Source of the DNA: Oscillospiraceae bacterium
Lineage (GTDB): Bacteria > Bacillota > Clostridia > Oscillospirales > CAG-272
Direction of reading: 5' to 3'
Assembly (NCBI GenBank): GCA_015065365.1
Contig: SVQL01000003.1
Coordinates: 1-45,617 of the forward strand
Length of the DNA: 45,617 bases
The notes under the pieces were generated by a model. That model saw only the letters and a program-made list of their open reading frames with translations. It did not search any database and was not told the origin of the DNA. This document shows, one piece after another, positions 35,858 to 45,616 of this stretch; the stretch's first letter is position 1, and each line of letters begins with the position of its first letter. The position numbers and the translations under genes are program-made.

Positions 35858-36466
35858 ATGCTTGAATATACACTTGAATCTCAATTACAAAGCCAAGGTT
35901 TTAAATATGTCTGCGGAGTGGACGAGGCAGGCAGAGGTCCATTGTGCGGTCCCGTGGTTGCCGCGGCAGTTATACTTCCCACGGATCTCCAGATAGAAGG
36001 ACTTAACGACTCCAAAAAGCTTACAGAAAAGCGCCGAGAAAAGCTTTTTGATATAATTTGTGAAAAAGCAATCGCCTATTCTATCACTTACGGTACAGTT
36101 GAGCAGATTAATCAAACCAATATACTTGCGGCGACACTTGACGCTATGCACCGTGCGGTGGATTCTATTTCGGTATATGCCGAGCACGCGTTAATTGACG
36201 GAAATATCGCAAAAGGCTTTTCCATACCCGCAACGGCAGTAGTGCACGGAGATGCAATATCGCCGTCTATTGCTGCAGCATCTATTCTTGCCAAAGTAAC
36301 ACGTGACAGACTTTGCATTGAGCTTGATGCCGAATATCCTATGTATGGAATTGCAAGGCATAAGGGATACGGTACCAAGGAACACATGGAAGCTCTCCGA
36401 AAATACGGACCTGCGCCGATACATAGAACTAAATTTATAAGGTTTCTTGACGAGGGAAATCAATGA
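35858..36466 (+). CDS. rnhB: Ribonuclease HII
   Basis: GVDEAGRGPL, DSKKL, IAAASILAKVTRD, HKGYGT. Confidence 0.98.
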   Translation: MLEYTLESQLQSQGFKYVCGVDEAGRGPLCGPVVAAAVILPTDLQIEGLNDSKKLTEKRREKLFDIICEKAIAYSITYGTVEQINQTNILAATLDAMHRAVDSISVYAEHALIDGNIAKGFSIPATAVVHGDAISPSIAAASILAKVTRDRLCIELDAEYPMYGIARHKGYGTKEHMEALRKYGPAPIHRTKFIRFLDEGNQ

Positions 36467-36843
36467 GTACAATTGAAATTGGAAAATTTGGAGAGGACTC
36501 TGCCACATCATATCTGAAAAAGAACGGATATCGAATAGTTGACAGAAACGTACACGTTTCTCACAACGAGATAGATATAATAGCAAGAGATAAAACTTAT
36601 TTGGTATTTGTCGAGGTAAAAACACGAAGCACAGACAACTCGCTATATTCCGATTATGGAACACCTGCGTCTGCGGTTACAAGGTCAAAACAGCTACGAA
36701 CTCTTGAAGCGGCAAGAAAATATCTTGCAACCACAAAATATTCAAGGCTACAGCCTCGCTTTGACGTGCTTGAGATTTACATTGACAAAAACGAACGTAA
36801 GGTTATCAAAATAAACCACATAACCAATGCATTCGGCGCATAA
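36463..36843 (+). CDS. YraN family putative nuclease
   Basis: G..GE, EIDII, VFVEVKTR, RFDV, NAF. Confidence 0.95.
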   Translation: MSTIEIGKFGEDSATSYLKKNGYRIVDRNVHVSHNEIDIIARDKTYLVFVEVKTRSTDNSLYSDYGTPASAVTRSKQLRTLEAARKYLATTKYSRLQPRFDVLEIYIDKNERKVIKINHITNAFGA

Positions 36844-36892
36844 ATAGCCGAAAGTTACATAAATAAACCGATAAATTGAAAGGAATATTCAA

Positions 36893-38371
36893 ATGAAGTA
36901 TTTTAGCACCAGAGATGCGGAAAAGAAAAGCTTTGATTCCGCGGTAGTAATCAAAAAAGGACTTGCAAGCGACGGCGGACTTTTTGTACCCGACTCTCTT
37001 CCCTCGCTTACACGTGAGGATATTGAGAAGCTTTGCGGCTTGTCTTATCCTGAAAGAGCAGCTACTGTTCTTTCGAAGTACCTTACCGATTATACATACG
37101 ATGAGCTGCTTGCAGACTGTGAAAAGGCTTATTGTGAGTCTTCTTTTCCCGGCGGTGCAGCGCCTCTCCGAAAAGTAACGGATACGCTTTATTCGCTTGA
37201 GCTTTGGCACGGACCTACCGCCGCGTTTAAGGACATGGCACTTCAGATAATGCCTCGTCTTCTTTCACGCGCTCTTACAAAGACGGGAGAAAAGAATACA
37301 GCACTAATTCTCGTTGCAACCTCCGGAGACACCGGTAAAGCTGCACTCGAAGGCTACAAGGACGTCGATGGCGTAAAAATCATGGTATTCTATCCTATTT
37401 CAGGTGTAAGTAAGGTACAAAAGCTTCAAATGGTTACACAGACGGGTAACAACGTTAACGTTTGTGCTATTGAGGGGAATTTTGACGACGCTCAAAGCGG
37501 TGTTAAGAAGATATTCTCCGATGAAGATGCAAAAAAGATACTTCTTGAAAATTCCTATATTCTTTCAAGTGCTAATTCCATAAACTGGGGACGACTTGCT
37601 CCGCAGATCGTTTACTATGTTTCCGCATACTGCGATATGCTCAACAGCGGCGAAGTTACTTATGGCGAGACGGTTAACGTTTGTGTGCCTACTGGAAACT
37701 TCGGAAATATTTTTGCCGCATATCTTGCAAAGCTCATGGGACTTCCTATCGGAAAGCTTATTTGTGCTTCAAACGACAATAACGTTTTAACCGAGTTCTT
37801 GTCAAGTGGAACATACAACAGAAACCGCACGTTCCACACAACTATATCTCCTTCGATGGACATACTTATATCCAGCAACCTTGAGAGACTTCTCTATTTC
37901 ACTGCAGGTTCCGAAAAAACCGCTACATATATGAAGCAGCTATCCGAAAACGGAGCATATACTGTAAGCGAAGAAATTATGAGCGTAATTTCGGAAAACT
38001 TTGACGGATATTTCGCAGATGAAACGAGTACAAGAAAGACACTCAAGCATTTCTATGACGATTACGGTTATCTTGCAGACACACACACCTCTGTTGCTCT
38101 TGATTGTGCTGAACAGTATATTTCCAAAACGGGCGATACAAGAAAAATGATCGTTGCTTCAACCGCTAGCCCATATAAGTTTGCAGCTGACGTATACGAA
38201 GCAATAGCTCATAAGAAAGCCTCTGCTGATACGGGCGCGTTGGATGATCTTTCCGCTCTTACAAACACTGAAATAACCTATCCTCTTAAAGGACTTGCAG
38301 AAAGAAAAGTAAACTTTGATACTGTTATTCCCAGCGAGGATATGCTCAAGGAAGTTTACAAATTTATGTAA
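36893..38371 (+). CDS. thrC: Threonine synthase
   Basis: GLASDGGLFVP, HGPTAAFKD, ATSGDTG, SANSINWGRL, PTGNFGN, SPSMDILISSNLER. Confidence 0.98.
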   Translation: MKYFSTRDAEKKSFDSAVVIKKGLASDGGLFVPDSLPSLTREDIEKLCGLSYPERAATVLSKYLTDYTYDELLADCEKAYCESSFPGGAAPLRKVTDTLYSLELWHGPTAAFKDMALQIMPRLLSRALTKTGEKNTALILVATSGDTGKAALEGYKDVDGVKIMVFYPISGVSKVQKLQMVTQTGNNVNVCAIEGNFDDAQSGVKKIFSDEDAKKILLENSYILSSANSINWGRLAPQIVYYVSAYCDMLNSGEVTYGETVNVCVPTGNFGNIFAAYLAKLMGLPIGKLICASNDNNVLTEFLSSGTYNRNRTFHTTISPSMDILISSNLERLLYFTAGSEKTATYMKQLSENGAYTVSEEIMSVISENFDGYFADETSTRKTLKHFYDDYGYLADTHTSVALDCAEQYISKTGDTRKMIVASTASPYKFAADVYEAIAHKKASADTGALDDLSALTNTEITYPLKGLAERKVNFDTVIPSEDMLKEVYKFM

Positions 38372-38379
38372 AAGTAGGA

Positions 38380-38406
38380 GGGGTTGTCGCATTTTGCGAC
38401 AGCCCC
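38380..38406. terminator. Hairpin between convergent thrC and DUF1540 genes
   Basis: ggggttgtcgc/atttt/gcgacagcccc; weak U-tracts. Confidence 0.6.
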
Positions 38407-38419
38407 CACCGTATGAGAT

Positions 38420-38608
38420 TTATTTTCTTTCCTTAAAAGTGTCGCAAGCAGCTTCAGTACCGCTGTTTCCAACTGCGATTTGATTTGCAGTACAGTGAGT
38501 ATCGCAATCGTGATATACGCAGTTCTTTACCTCACACTTGATTCCTTTAATGTGGTCCTTGGTTATATCACAAGCACCCTTACTTGAGCATTTTTCATTT
38601 TTATACAT
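38420..38608 (-). CDS. DUF1540 family small Cys-rich protein
   Basis: IKCEVKNCVYH...CTA..I.V...CDTF; SD aaggagg. Confidence 0.9.
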   Translation of the reverse strand: MYKNEKCSSKGACDITKDHIKGIKCEVKNCVYHDCDTHCTANQIAVGNSGTEAACDTFKERK

Positions 38609-38681
38609 TCTTTCAAAACCTCCTTGATAAGAATACTATTATTGTTATCAAAAACATTATTTTTATACATGAGGTGACGAT

Positions 38682-39398
38682 ATGTCAGTTTATGTTATTG
38701 CCGACCTCCATCTGGCTACTGCCGACTCACAAAAATCCATGGAGGTTTTTGGCAAAAGATGGAAAAATTATATTCAAAGAATACGCGACAATTGGCAACG
38801 AGTGATAACCGACAGCGATACTGTTATCATACCAGGTGATATTTCATGGGGACTTGCTACGTCAGATGCTCTTGATGATCTTTTATGGCTTGAATCTCTT
38901 TCGGGCACGAAGGTAATAATGAAGGGGAACCATGATTTTTGGTGGTCGACCGTTTCCAAGCTTAACAGCTTTTTTGAGCAAAACAATATCAAAACTATAA
39001 AGATATTGAACAATAATGCTTTGGAGATTGAAAACTATATAATAGCAGGCTCACGCGGTTGGTTTACCGATAAATCAATGCAAAACACGGAAGAAGACGT
39101 TGATTATGATAAGATAGTAAACCGCGAATCAATAAGACTAAAGATGTCACTTGACGAAGCAATTAAGCTTCGCGGTGAAACCGACAGAGAGATAGTAGTA
39201 TTTTTACACTTCCCTCCTGTTTGGGGAGAATTTGTGTGTAGACCAATAATTAACTTATTGAAAGAATATAATATTAAAAGATGTTATTTCGGACATATAC
39301 ACAGTGTTTATTCATATCCCGAGACGTTTGAGTTTGAAAACGTAAAATTTCATATAATTTCCGCAGATTTTCTCGATTTTCTTCCAAGAATTGTGTGA
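38682..39398 (+). CDS. Calcineurin-like metallophosphoesterase
   Basis: ADLH, PGD, KGNHD, HFPP, GHIH. Confidence 0.93.
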   Translation: MSVYVIADLHLATADSQKSMEVFGKRWKNYIQRIRDNWQRVITDSDTVIIPGDISWGLATSDALDDLLWLESLSGTKVIMKGNHDFWWSTVSKLNSFFEQNNIKTIKILNNNALEIENYIIAGSRGWFTDKSMQNTEEDVDYDKIVNRESIRLKMSLDEAIKLRGETDREIVVFLHFPPVWGEFVCRPIINLLKEYNIKRCYFGHIHSVYSYPETFEFENVKFHIISADFLDFLPRIV

Positions 39399-39414
39399 TT
39401 TTTCGGAAAATCTA

Positions 39415-39443
39415 TTGACAAATCGCAGTAAAAAAAGTACAAT
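39415..39443 (+). promoter_or_regulatory. Sigma-A promoter of tig-clpP-clpX
   Basis: TTGACA-N17-TACAAT. Confidence 0.8.
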
Positions 39444-39490
39444 ATATAATGTATGCAAAAATTTATTATACAACCGGAGGTTTAAACCAA

Positions 39491-40774
39491 ATGAGTTTAA
39501 CAAAATCTGAATTGATCGAAAAGAACAAATATGAATTGCAGTTCTCGGTAGATAAAGCAACCTTTGACGCAGCTGTTGATAAGGTTTACCGCAAGCAAGT
39601 AAAGTCCATTACCGTTCCCGGATTTAGAAAGGGCAAGGCTCCTAAGTCCATTATCGAAAAGATGTACGGTAAGGGTGTTTTCTATGAGGATGCTATTAAT
39701 GACCTCATTCCCGCAGCTTACACCGATGCTCTCGCTGAGTCGAAGCTCGACGTTGTAAGCCAGCCCGAGTTTGACGTTGTTTCCATCGACGATAACGGTC
39801 TTTTGCTTTCCGCTAAGGTTTACGTAAAGCCCGACGTTGAGATCAAGGACTACGTTGGTATCGAGGTTGAAAAGGAAGTTGTCGCAGTTACCGACGAGGA
39901 TGTAAACAAGGAAATAGAGATCGTTCGTGAGAGAAACTCCAGAGAGATCGAGGTTACCGACCGTGCTGCTGAAATGGGCGACACCGCAGTTATCGATTTC
40001 GAGGGCTTCTGCGACGGAGTTGCATTTGAGGGCGGAAAAGGAACTGACTACGCTCTTAAGCTCGGCTCCGGTTCTTTCATTCCCGGATTTGAGGAGCAGG
40101 TAGCAGGAAAGAATATAGACGAGGAATTTGACGTTAACGTTACCTTCCCAGCTGAGTATCACGCTGCTGATCTTGCAGGCAAAGAAGCGGTATTCAAGGT
40201 AAAGATCCATTCTATTACCAAGGTTGAACTTCCCGAGCTTGACGACGATTTTGCAAAAGATGTTTCCGAATTTGATACCTTTGATGAATATAAAGCTGAT
40301 TTGAAGGCTAAAATTGAAAAGAGACACGAGACCTCGGCTGATAACGCAGTTGAGGAAAAGCTCGTTGAGGCTCTTATTGAGAAGCTCGATGCAGACATTC
40401 CCGAGGCTATGTTCGTTGCTGAGACCGAGAACTTCGTTCGCGACTACGATAACAGACTCCGTTCTCAGGGACTTGATCTCAATACTTACTTCAAGTATAC
40501 CGGTCTTACCCTCGATACCCTTCGCACTCAGATGCGTCCTCAGGCAGAGCGCCAGGTAAAGGCAAGACTCGCTCTTGAGAAGATCGCGGCTCTTGAGAAA
40601 CTTGAGGCTACCGAGGAGGACATCAACGGCGAGTACGAGAATATCGCTAACGCTTACGGTGTTGAGCTTGAGCAGGTTAAGGCAAGCATTGATTCCGAGG
40701 CTATTGCCGCTGACATGAAGGTTAAGAAGGCAATGGACCTCGTTAAGGAAAAGGCGGTTATCAAAACCAAGTAA
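39491..40774 (+). CDS. tig: Trigger factor
   Basis: [32 protein letters not shown]. Confidence 0.99.
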   Translation: MSLTKSELIEKNKYELQFSVDKATFDAAVDKVYRKQVKSITVPGFRKGKAPKSIIEKMYGKGVFYEDAINDLIPAAYTDALAESKLDVVSQPEFDVVSIDDNGLLLSAKVYVKPDVEIKDYVGIEVEKEVVAVTDEDVNKEIEIVRERNSREIEVTDRAAEMGDTAVIDFEGFCDGVAFEGGKGTDYALKLGSGSFIPGFEEQVAGKNIDEEFDVNVTFPAEYHAADLAGKEAVFKVKIHSITKVELPELDDDFAKDVSEFDTFDEYKADLKAKIEKRHETSADNAVEEKLVEALIEKLDADIPEAMFVAETENFVRDYDNRLRSQGLDLNTYFKYTGLTLDTLRTQMRPQAERQVKARLALEKIAALEKLEATEEDINGEYENIANAYGVELEQVKASIDSEAIAADMKVKKAMDLVKEKAVIKTK

Positions 40775-40803
40775 TTTATTTGCATTATAGCAAGGAGGCA
40801 GTT

Positions 40804-41415
40804 ATGTTTAACATGGATAACAATATGTATAGCGCTCTCGTACCTATGGTCGTAGAGCAAACCGGCAAGGGTGAACGTTCATTTGACATATTTTCGCGTT
40901 TGCTCAACGACAGAATTATTTTTCTGTCCGATGAGGTAAATGACACAACTGCCTCTCTTGTTGTTGCACAGCTTCTGTTTTTGGAAGCGCAGGATCCCGA
41001 CAAGGATATAAGCTTTTATATTAACAGCCCCGGCGGTTCTGTTACTGCGGGTATGGCTATTTATGATACCATGAATTACGTTAAGTGCGACGTCTCCACT
41101 ATCTGTATAGGTATGGCGGCAAGCATGGGTGCGTTTCTGCTTAGTGCAGGAGCTAAGGGCAAAAGAATTGCCCTGCCTAACAGTGAGATCATGATACATC
41201 AGCCTCTCGGCGGCGCAAGAGGTCAGGCTACCGATATAAAAATTCAAGCAGACCTTATTCTTCGTACAAGAGATAATCTTAACAGAATTCTCGCCGAGAA
41301 CACGGGCAAATCTATCGAAGAAATTGCACGTGATACCGAGCGTGATAACTTTATGACTGCAAAGCAGGCTCTTGAATACGGACTTATTGATAAGATCTTT
41401 GAAAGAAGAGCTTAA
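40804..41415 (+). CDS. clpP: Clp protease proteolytic subunit
   Basis: [38 protein letters not shown]. Confidence 0.99.
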   Translation: MFNMDNNMYSALVPMVVEQTGKGERSFDIFSRLLNDRIIFLSDEVNDTTASLVVAQLLFLEAQDPDKDISFYINSPGGSVTAGMAIYDTMNYVKCDVSTICIGMAASMGAFLLSAGAKGKRIALPNSEIMIHQPLGGARGQATDIKIQADLILRTRDNLNRILAENTGKSIEEIARDTERDNFMTAKQALEYGLIDKIFERRA

Positions 41416-41439
41416 AACTTCCCTTGAAAGGATATTCAA

Positions 41440-42783
41440 ATGGCTTCAAACAATTCAAATGGCGGCGGTAGCGGCTCGAATTTGAGATACTGCTCATTTT
41501 GCGGCAGACGTGAAAATCAGGTGAATTTCTTAATTCCCTCCCCTACCGGCGTATATATTTGCGATTTTTGCGTAGACGAGTGTCAGGAATTAATATACGA
41601 AAATTCAGTTGCCATAAGCTCTGTCGGCGACGAGCTTTCCTTTGAAACTCTTCCCAAGCCCGCAAAGATCAAGAGCATGCTTGACGATTACGTTATCGGG
41701 CAGGACGAGGCAAAGAAGGTACTGTCGGTTGCCGTATATAACCACTACAAGCGAATTCTCTACAACAAGGAAAGAACGGATGCGCAAGGCAAGGCTTCAA
41801 AGGCTGAAGCTAATGAAAACGACATCGAGCTTCAAAAGAGCAACGTGTTGCTGATTGGTAACACCGGTGTCGGAAAGACTTATCTCGCGCAGACACTTGC
41901 AAAATCCCTTAAGGTTCCCTTTGCTATTGCCGATGCCACGACTCTTACAGAGGCGGGATATGTCGGCGAGGACGTTGAAAATATTCTCCTCCGCTTGATT
42001 CAGGCGGCTGACTATGATATTGAGCGTGCGGAAAAAGGTATAATCTATATCGACGAAATAGATAAGATTGCAAGAAAGAGCGAAAACCGCTCTATCACGC
42101 GCGACGTTTCGGGCGAGGGCGTTCAGCAGGCGCTCTTGAAGATTCTTGAAGGTACTGTTGCAAACGTTCCCCCGCAGGGCGGACGCAAGCACCCCAATCA
42201 AGAATTTATACAGATAAACACTAAAAATATTCTGTTTATCTGCGGCGGTGCTTTTGAGGGGCTCGATAAGGTTATCGAAAAGCGTCAAGGAAATCAGACT
42301 ATCGGCTTTTCAAGTGAAATAAAGAAAAAAGCCGAGCGTCAAAGCAACGGCATTTATAAGGGCGTTGTTCCCCACGATATCGTTAAGTTCGGTCTTATTC
42401 CCGAGCTTGTCGGAAGAATACCCGTTATAGTTCCGCTTGACGACCTTGATAAGGATGCGCTCGTTCGCATTTTAAAGGAGCCTAAAAACTCTATTGTCAA
42501 GCAGTATATAAAGCTTATCGAGATGGACGGCGTTGAGCTTAAGTTTGACGACGAGGCGCTTGAAGCGGTTGCAAAGCTTGCTATCGAGCGAAATACCGGC
42601 GCGCGCGGACTCCGTTCCATTATGGAAAATCTCATGATGTCCGTCATGTACGATATTCCGTCAAGAGATAACGTGGCAAGCGTAATAATCGGCGCAGACT
42701 GCGTAAACGGACTTGCAGCTCCTCAATTGGTTGAAAAAGAGCTTGTTAGCTTGGATAATCCTATTGCAGGCAGTCTTGAATAG
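41440..42783 (+). CDS. clpX: Clp protease ATP-binding subunit ClpX
   Basis: CSFCG...[33 protein letters not shown] loop. Confidence 0.99.
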   Translation: MASNNSNGGGSGSNLRYCSFCGRRENQVNFLIPSPTGVYICDFCVDECQELIYENSVAISSVGDELSFETLPKPAKIKSMLDDYVIGQDEAKKVLSVAVYNHYKRILYNKERTDAQGKASKAEANENDIELQKSNVLLIGNTGVGKTYLAQTLAKSLKVPFAIADATTLTEAGYVGEDVENILLRLIQAADYDIERAEKGIIYIDEIDKIARKSENRSITRDVSGEGVQQALLKILEGTVANVPPQGGRKHPNQEFIQINTKNILFICGGAFEGLDKVIEKRQGNQTIGFSSEIKKKAERQSNGIYKGVVPHDIVKFGLIPELVGRIPVIVPLDDLDKDALVRILKEPKNSIVKQYIKLIEMDGVELKFDDEALEAVAKLAIERNTGARGLRSIMENLMMSVMYDIPSRDNVASVIIGADCVNGLAAPQLVEKELVSLDNPIAGSLE

Positions 42784-42785
42784 TT

Positions 42786-42816
42786 AAATCCCCGTGCTTA
42801 ATAACACGGGGATTTT
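42786..42816 (+). terminator. Terminator after clpX
   Basis: aaatccccgtg...cacggggatttt. Confidence 0.85.
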
Positions 42817-42822
42817 ATAATT

Positions 42823-42861
42823 AAAAACTCCACACTTGAAAGTTTACAATCAAGTGTGGAG
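42823..42861 (-). terminator. Terminator of the AT-rich orphan gene
   Basis: aaaaa-ctccacacttga...tcaagtgtggag. Confidence 0.8.
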
Positions 42862-42867
42862 AAAATT

Positions 42868-43572
42868 TTATCCGTATACCCAGCCTATTTGCTTCTTTAA
42901 GTTGGCTATCTGCTTGGGATAATTTTCGTTAACCTCAACGATAACGTATTTAATATTATAATTATTATCGCATACTACTGCATAAACCTCACGAGTGTCG
43001 CCTTCGTGAACGTACATATTCAGGCAATTTCCTTTAACATCAACATCAATGTTTAACTCATAGGTTATTTCATCTTTAGAAATTCCCGTTTTTTTAGCAA
43101 ACTTATCAAGCATCAAAGTCATATCTATTTCGGTTTGATTCGATTTTTTTACTTGTAATGATTCATATGAGCCTTTTTTATAAGACATTTTAGTTTCATC
43201 TAACGGAGTATTCCAATCATTTAGAGCTTTTAAATCTTCAATGTTTCCGTATTCGGCTATAAAATAATTATTATCTTCATAAATATACACGCCGCCATCG
43301 TCATATTTTTGAATTATTGCATATATATCTTCAACCTTGTTGGTAGGTAGAAAATAAACTTGCCCTTTAACTAATTCTCGGCCGTACTTATCTTTTTGCA
43401 GATGCTCGTAAATAGAACCTGGTTGCTCATTAGAAGAAACTCCAGGGATAAATTCAAAAAAAATAATGGTTGCATTGAACTTTTCGTTTGCCTTATTCAA
43501 AAACGCAACAAATCCGAAAATAATACTAACTGTTAAAATAAAACATAATGATATTAATAATATTTTTCCCAC
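42868..43572 (-). CDS. Hypothetical AT-rich secreted or membrane-anchored protein
   Basis: GTG 43572 after SD gaggt; N-terminal hydrophobic segment; own promoter and terminator. Confidence 0.8.
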   Translation of the reverse strand: MGKILLISLCFILTVSIIFGFVAFLNKANEKFNATIIFFEFIPGVSSNEQPGSIYEHLQKDKYGRELVKGQVYFLPTNKVEDIYAIIQKYDDGGVYIYEDNNYFIAEYGNIEDLKALNDWNTPLDETKMSYKKGSYESLQVKKSNQTEIDMTLMLDKFAKKTGISKDEITYELNIDVDVKGNCLNMYVHEGDTREVYAVVCDNNYNIKYVIVEVNENYPKQIANLKKQIGWVYG

Positions 43573-43606
43573 TGTTGTAATACCTCGTTTTGAACTCTGT
43601 TTAATT

Positions 43607-43635
43607 ATTATAACATACTTTGGTAGAATTTGCAA
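43607..43635 (-). promoter_or_regulatory. Sigma-A promoter of the orphan gene
   Basis: TTGCAA-N17-TATAAT with extended TG on - strand. Confidence 0.7.
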
Positions 43636-43637
43636 GT

Positions 43638-43670
43638 AAAAAAACTCTGTTGATTTTCAACAGAGTTTTT
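43638..43670 (-). terminator. Terminator after the CobW pair
   Basis: aaaaaaactctgttga/ttt/tcaacagagttttt. Confidence 0.85.
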
Positions 43671-43675
43671 AATAA

Positions 43676-44617
43676 TCAATAAAACGTCGCAACTACTTGT
43701 TTTGGCGGAACAGCAAATTCGGTTGATTCTACGTACAATACGGGGCCTTGCGAGCGATAAAGCTTATGCTTTTCGATTTTTACAGTTCCCTTTACCGTAA
43801 CCCAATCTTCATTCTTAAGAGCGATATTCTTTGAAAAGATGCTGATAAGTCCGCCGTACTGAATATCGTCAGCGCAGCACGTCATAATAGGTCTGCCAAG
43901 TACGCGAGAGTTCGCTCCAAGGCGCTCGTCCTCGGCAACCAACGCTTTAAACTTAACGGTCTTTCCGTTATAATCCACCATATTTTCGGAAATATCTCTA
44001 TACCATATAGCATAATCCTCGTCGGCAATTTCAATCACGTCGGCGTTTATATCGAACGGCAACGGATCTTCAAGCTCGTCATACTCCACGTGTCCGTCGG
44101 GATAGTCATAAACGATTGCGGCACGTCTTGTAATACCGCGAATTATCTTATGGATTTGTTCTTTATCAATAGTATCCGAGGTGCGGTTAAGAACAACCAT
44201 TTCGGCATCTCGTATTTTATCAACCGTAAGCTGACGCATATTGTTATTATAGTTTATAAAGGTATTTGCATCTGCAAACATCATATTCTGATAAATAGCC
44301 CAGTTTAAGGGGAAGCTATCGTAGAGTGTCTGCATTTCCCACATTCCGTTATATTCAATAATAACTCTATCAATTTTTCGGTTTTTAATAAGCGCCTCGA
44401 GATTTCCGCGGGTAAGCTCCGATTTATCCTCAATGTTGTGAATAAACACGTTTTTACCCCAAAATTTCGAGGAATCAAGCTCGACCTCGCCCTCCTCGCA
44501 CATAATAACCAGAGTTTTCTCGCCGCTGTTGAATTTTTCATCGTTAAGCGATTCCTGTATTATCGAGGTCTTACCGCCCTCAAGAAAGCCCGTAAAAATA
44601 TAAACAGGTGTTTTCAT
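43676..44617 (-). CDS. CobW-like P-loop domain fused to DUF1980/TIGR03943-type C-terminal domain
   Basis: TGFLEGGKT, IEYNG, VLNRT; C-terminal MTCCADD and WVTVKG. Confidence 0.8.
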   Translation of the reverse strand: MKTPVYIFTGFLEGGKTSIIQESLNDEKFNSGEKTLVIMCEEGEVELDSSKFWGKNVFIHNIEDKSELTRGNLEALIKNRKIDRVIIEYNGMWEMQTLYDSFPLNWAIYQNMMFADANTFINYNNNMRQLTVDKIRDAEMVVLNRTSDTIDKEQIHKIIRGITRRAAIVYDYPDGHVEYDELEDPLPFDINADVIEIADEDYAIWYRDISENMVDYNGKTVKFKALVAEDERLGANSRVLGRPIMTCCADDIQYGGLISIFSKNIALKNEDWVTVKGTVKIEKHKLYRSQGPVLYVESTEFAVPPKQVVATFY

Positions 44618-44629
44618 ATTCTACTCCAA

Positions 44630-45616
44630 TCACGCCCCGAAAAGCTCGGCAATAGCCGCCTCATTTATCTTTGATCCGATAACGCATATTTTTCCGATAG
44701 TTGACGCACTTCCACTTCTTACGTCCTTTTCCTCGGGAACGTAGTCAAAATGGATCCACTTGCCGTCCGTACCCTCGACGATACCCTTTGCGCGAAGAAT
44801 AAAGCCGTACTTTTCGTTGTTTTCAAGCGCGGAAAGTATATCCTCAATTTGCTCTGCGGAATATTTTACGACCGTTTCCCTACCCCAGCTTGTGAATACG
44901 TCGTCAGCGTGGTGGTGATGGTGGTGATGCTCATGGCAGTCGCAATGCTCGTCATGATCGTGATGGTGGTGCTCGTGGCAGTCACAATGCTCGTCGTGAT
45001 CGTGGTGATGATGCTCATGATGGTGGTGCTCGTGGCAGTCACAATGCTCGTCATGGTCATGGTGGTGATGCTCATGCTCACAATGCTCACCGTGCTCGTG
45101 GTGATGCTTATGCTCATGGTGATGTCCGCACACGGGGCATTCTTCTTCCTCTATAAGCTCGTTTAACAGATCATTAAGCGTTTTTCTTTTCTCAAAAGCA
45201 GTTATTATAGAATCAATATCGAGCTTATCAATAGGTGTCGTAATGATCTCTGCAGTAGCGTTATGCGCTCTTACAAGCGCGACCGCCTCTGCAATTTTTA
45301 CGTCAGTCGCTTTGTCGGTATGACTGAAATAGATACAGCCTGCATGCTCGATCTGATCGTTAAAGAACTCGCCGAAGTTCTTCATATACATCTTGCATTT
45401 ATTAACGTCAACGACAACGACTGCGCTGTTTATTACTGCGCCCTCAATATCCGCTTCAAAAACAGCCTTGGTGACGTCGCTGAGCTTTCCGACACCCGAG
45501 GGCTCTATAAGAATTCTGTCGGGGTTATAGGTTGCTACGACCTCATGGAGTGCCTTACTGAAGTCACCAACGAGCGAGCAGCAAATGCAGCCCGAATTCA
45601 TTTCGGTGATCTCAAC
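44630..45616 (-). CDS. COG0523/CobW-family G3E metallochaperone GTPase with His-rich insert (5' truncated by window)
   Basis: EMNSGCICCS, IEPSGVG, QI, His tract, ILRAKG, ICVIG; ORF open to window end. Confidence 0.95.
   Translation of the reverse strand, partial: VEITEMNSGCICCSLVGDFSKALHEVVATYNPDRILIEPSGVGKLSDVTKAVFEADIEGAVINSAVVVVDVNKCKMYMKNFGEFFNDQIEHAGCIYFSHTDKATDVKIAEAVALVRAHNATAEIITTPIDKLDIDSIITAFEKRKTLNDLLNELIEEEECPVCGHHHEHKHHHEHGEHCEHEHHHHDHDEHCDCHEHHHHEHHHHDHDEHCDCHEHHHHDHDEHCDCHEHHHHHHHADDVFTSWGRETVVKYSAEQIEDILSALENNEKYGFILRAKGIVEGTDGKWIHFDYVPEEKDVRSGSASTIGKICVIGSKINEAAIAELFGA
44909..45139 (-). repeat. His/Cys-rich tandem repeat coding region (3 x HDHDEHCDCHEHHH)
   Basis: 35-nt identical copies at 44961-44995 and 45018-45052; diverged third copy at 44919-44953. 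Confidence 0.9.

Noticed and set aside
36844-36892. T-box or attenuator before thrC
   Set aside because: Only 49 nt; no T-box motif or terminator
39497-40327. 276-aa antisense ORF over tig
   Set aside because: Shadow ORF with no SD or recognisable motifs
44750-45166. V/M-rich and T-rich alternative-frame ORFs, and CRISPR-like appearance of the repeats
   Set aside because: By-products of the His-codon repeat; no unique spacers and no cas genes
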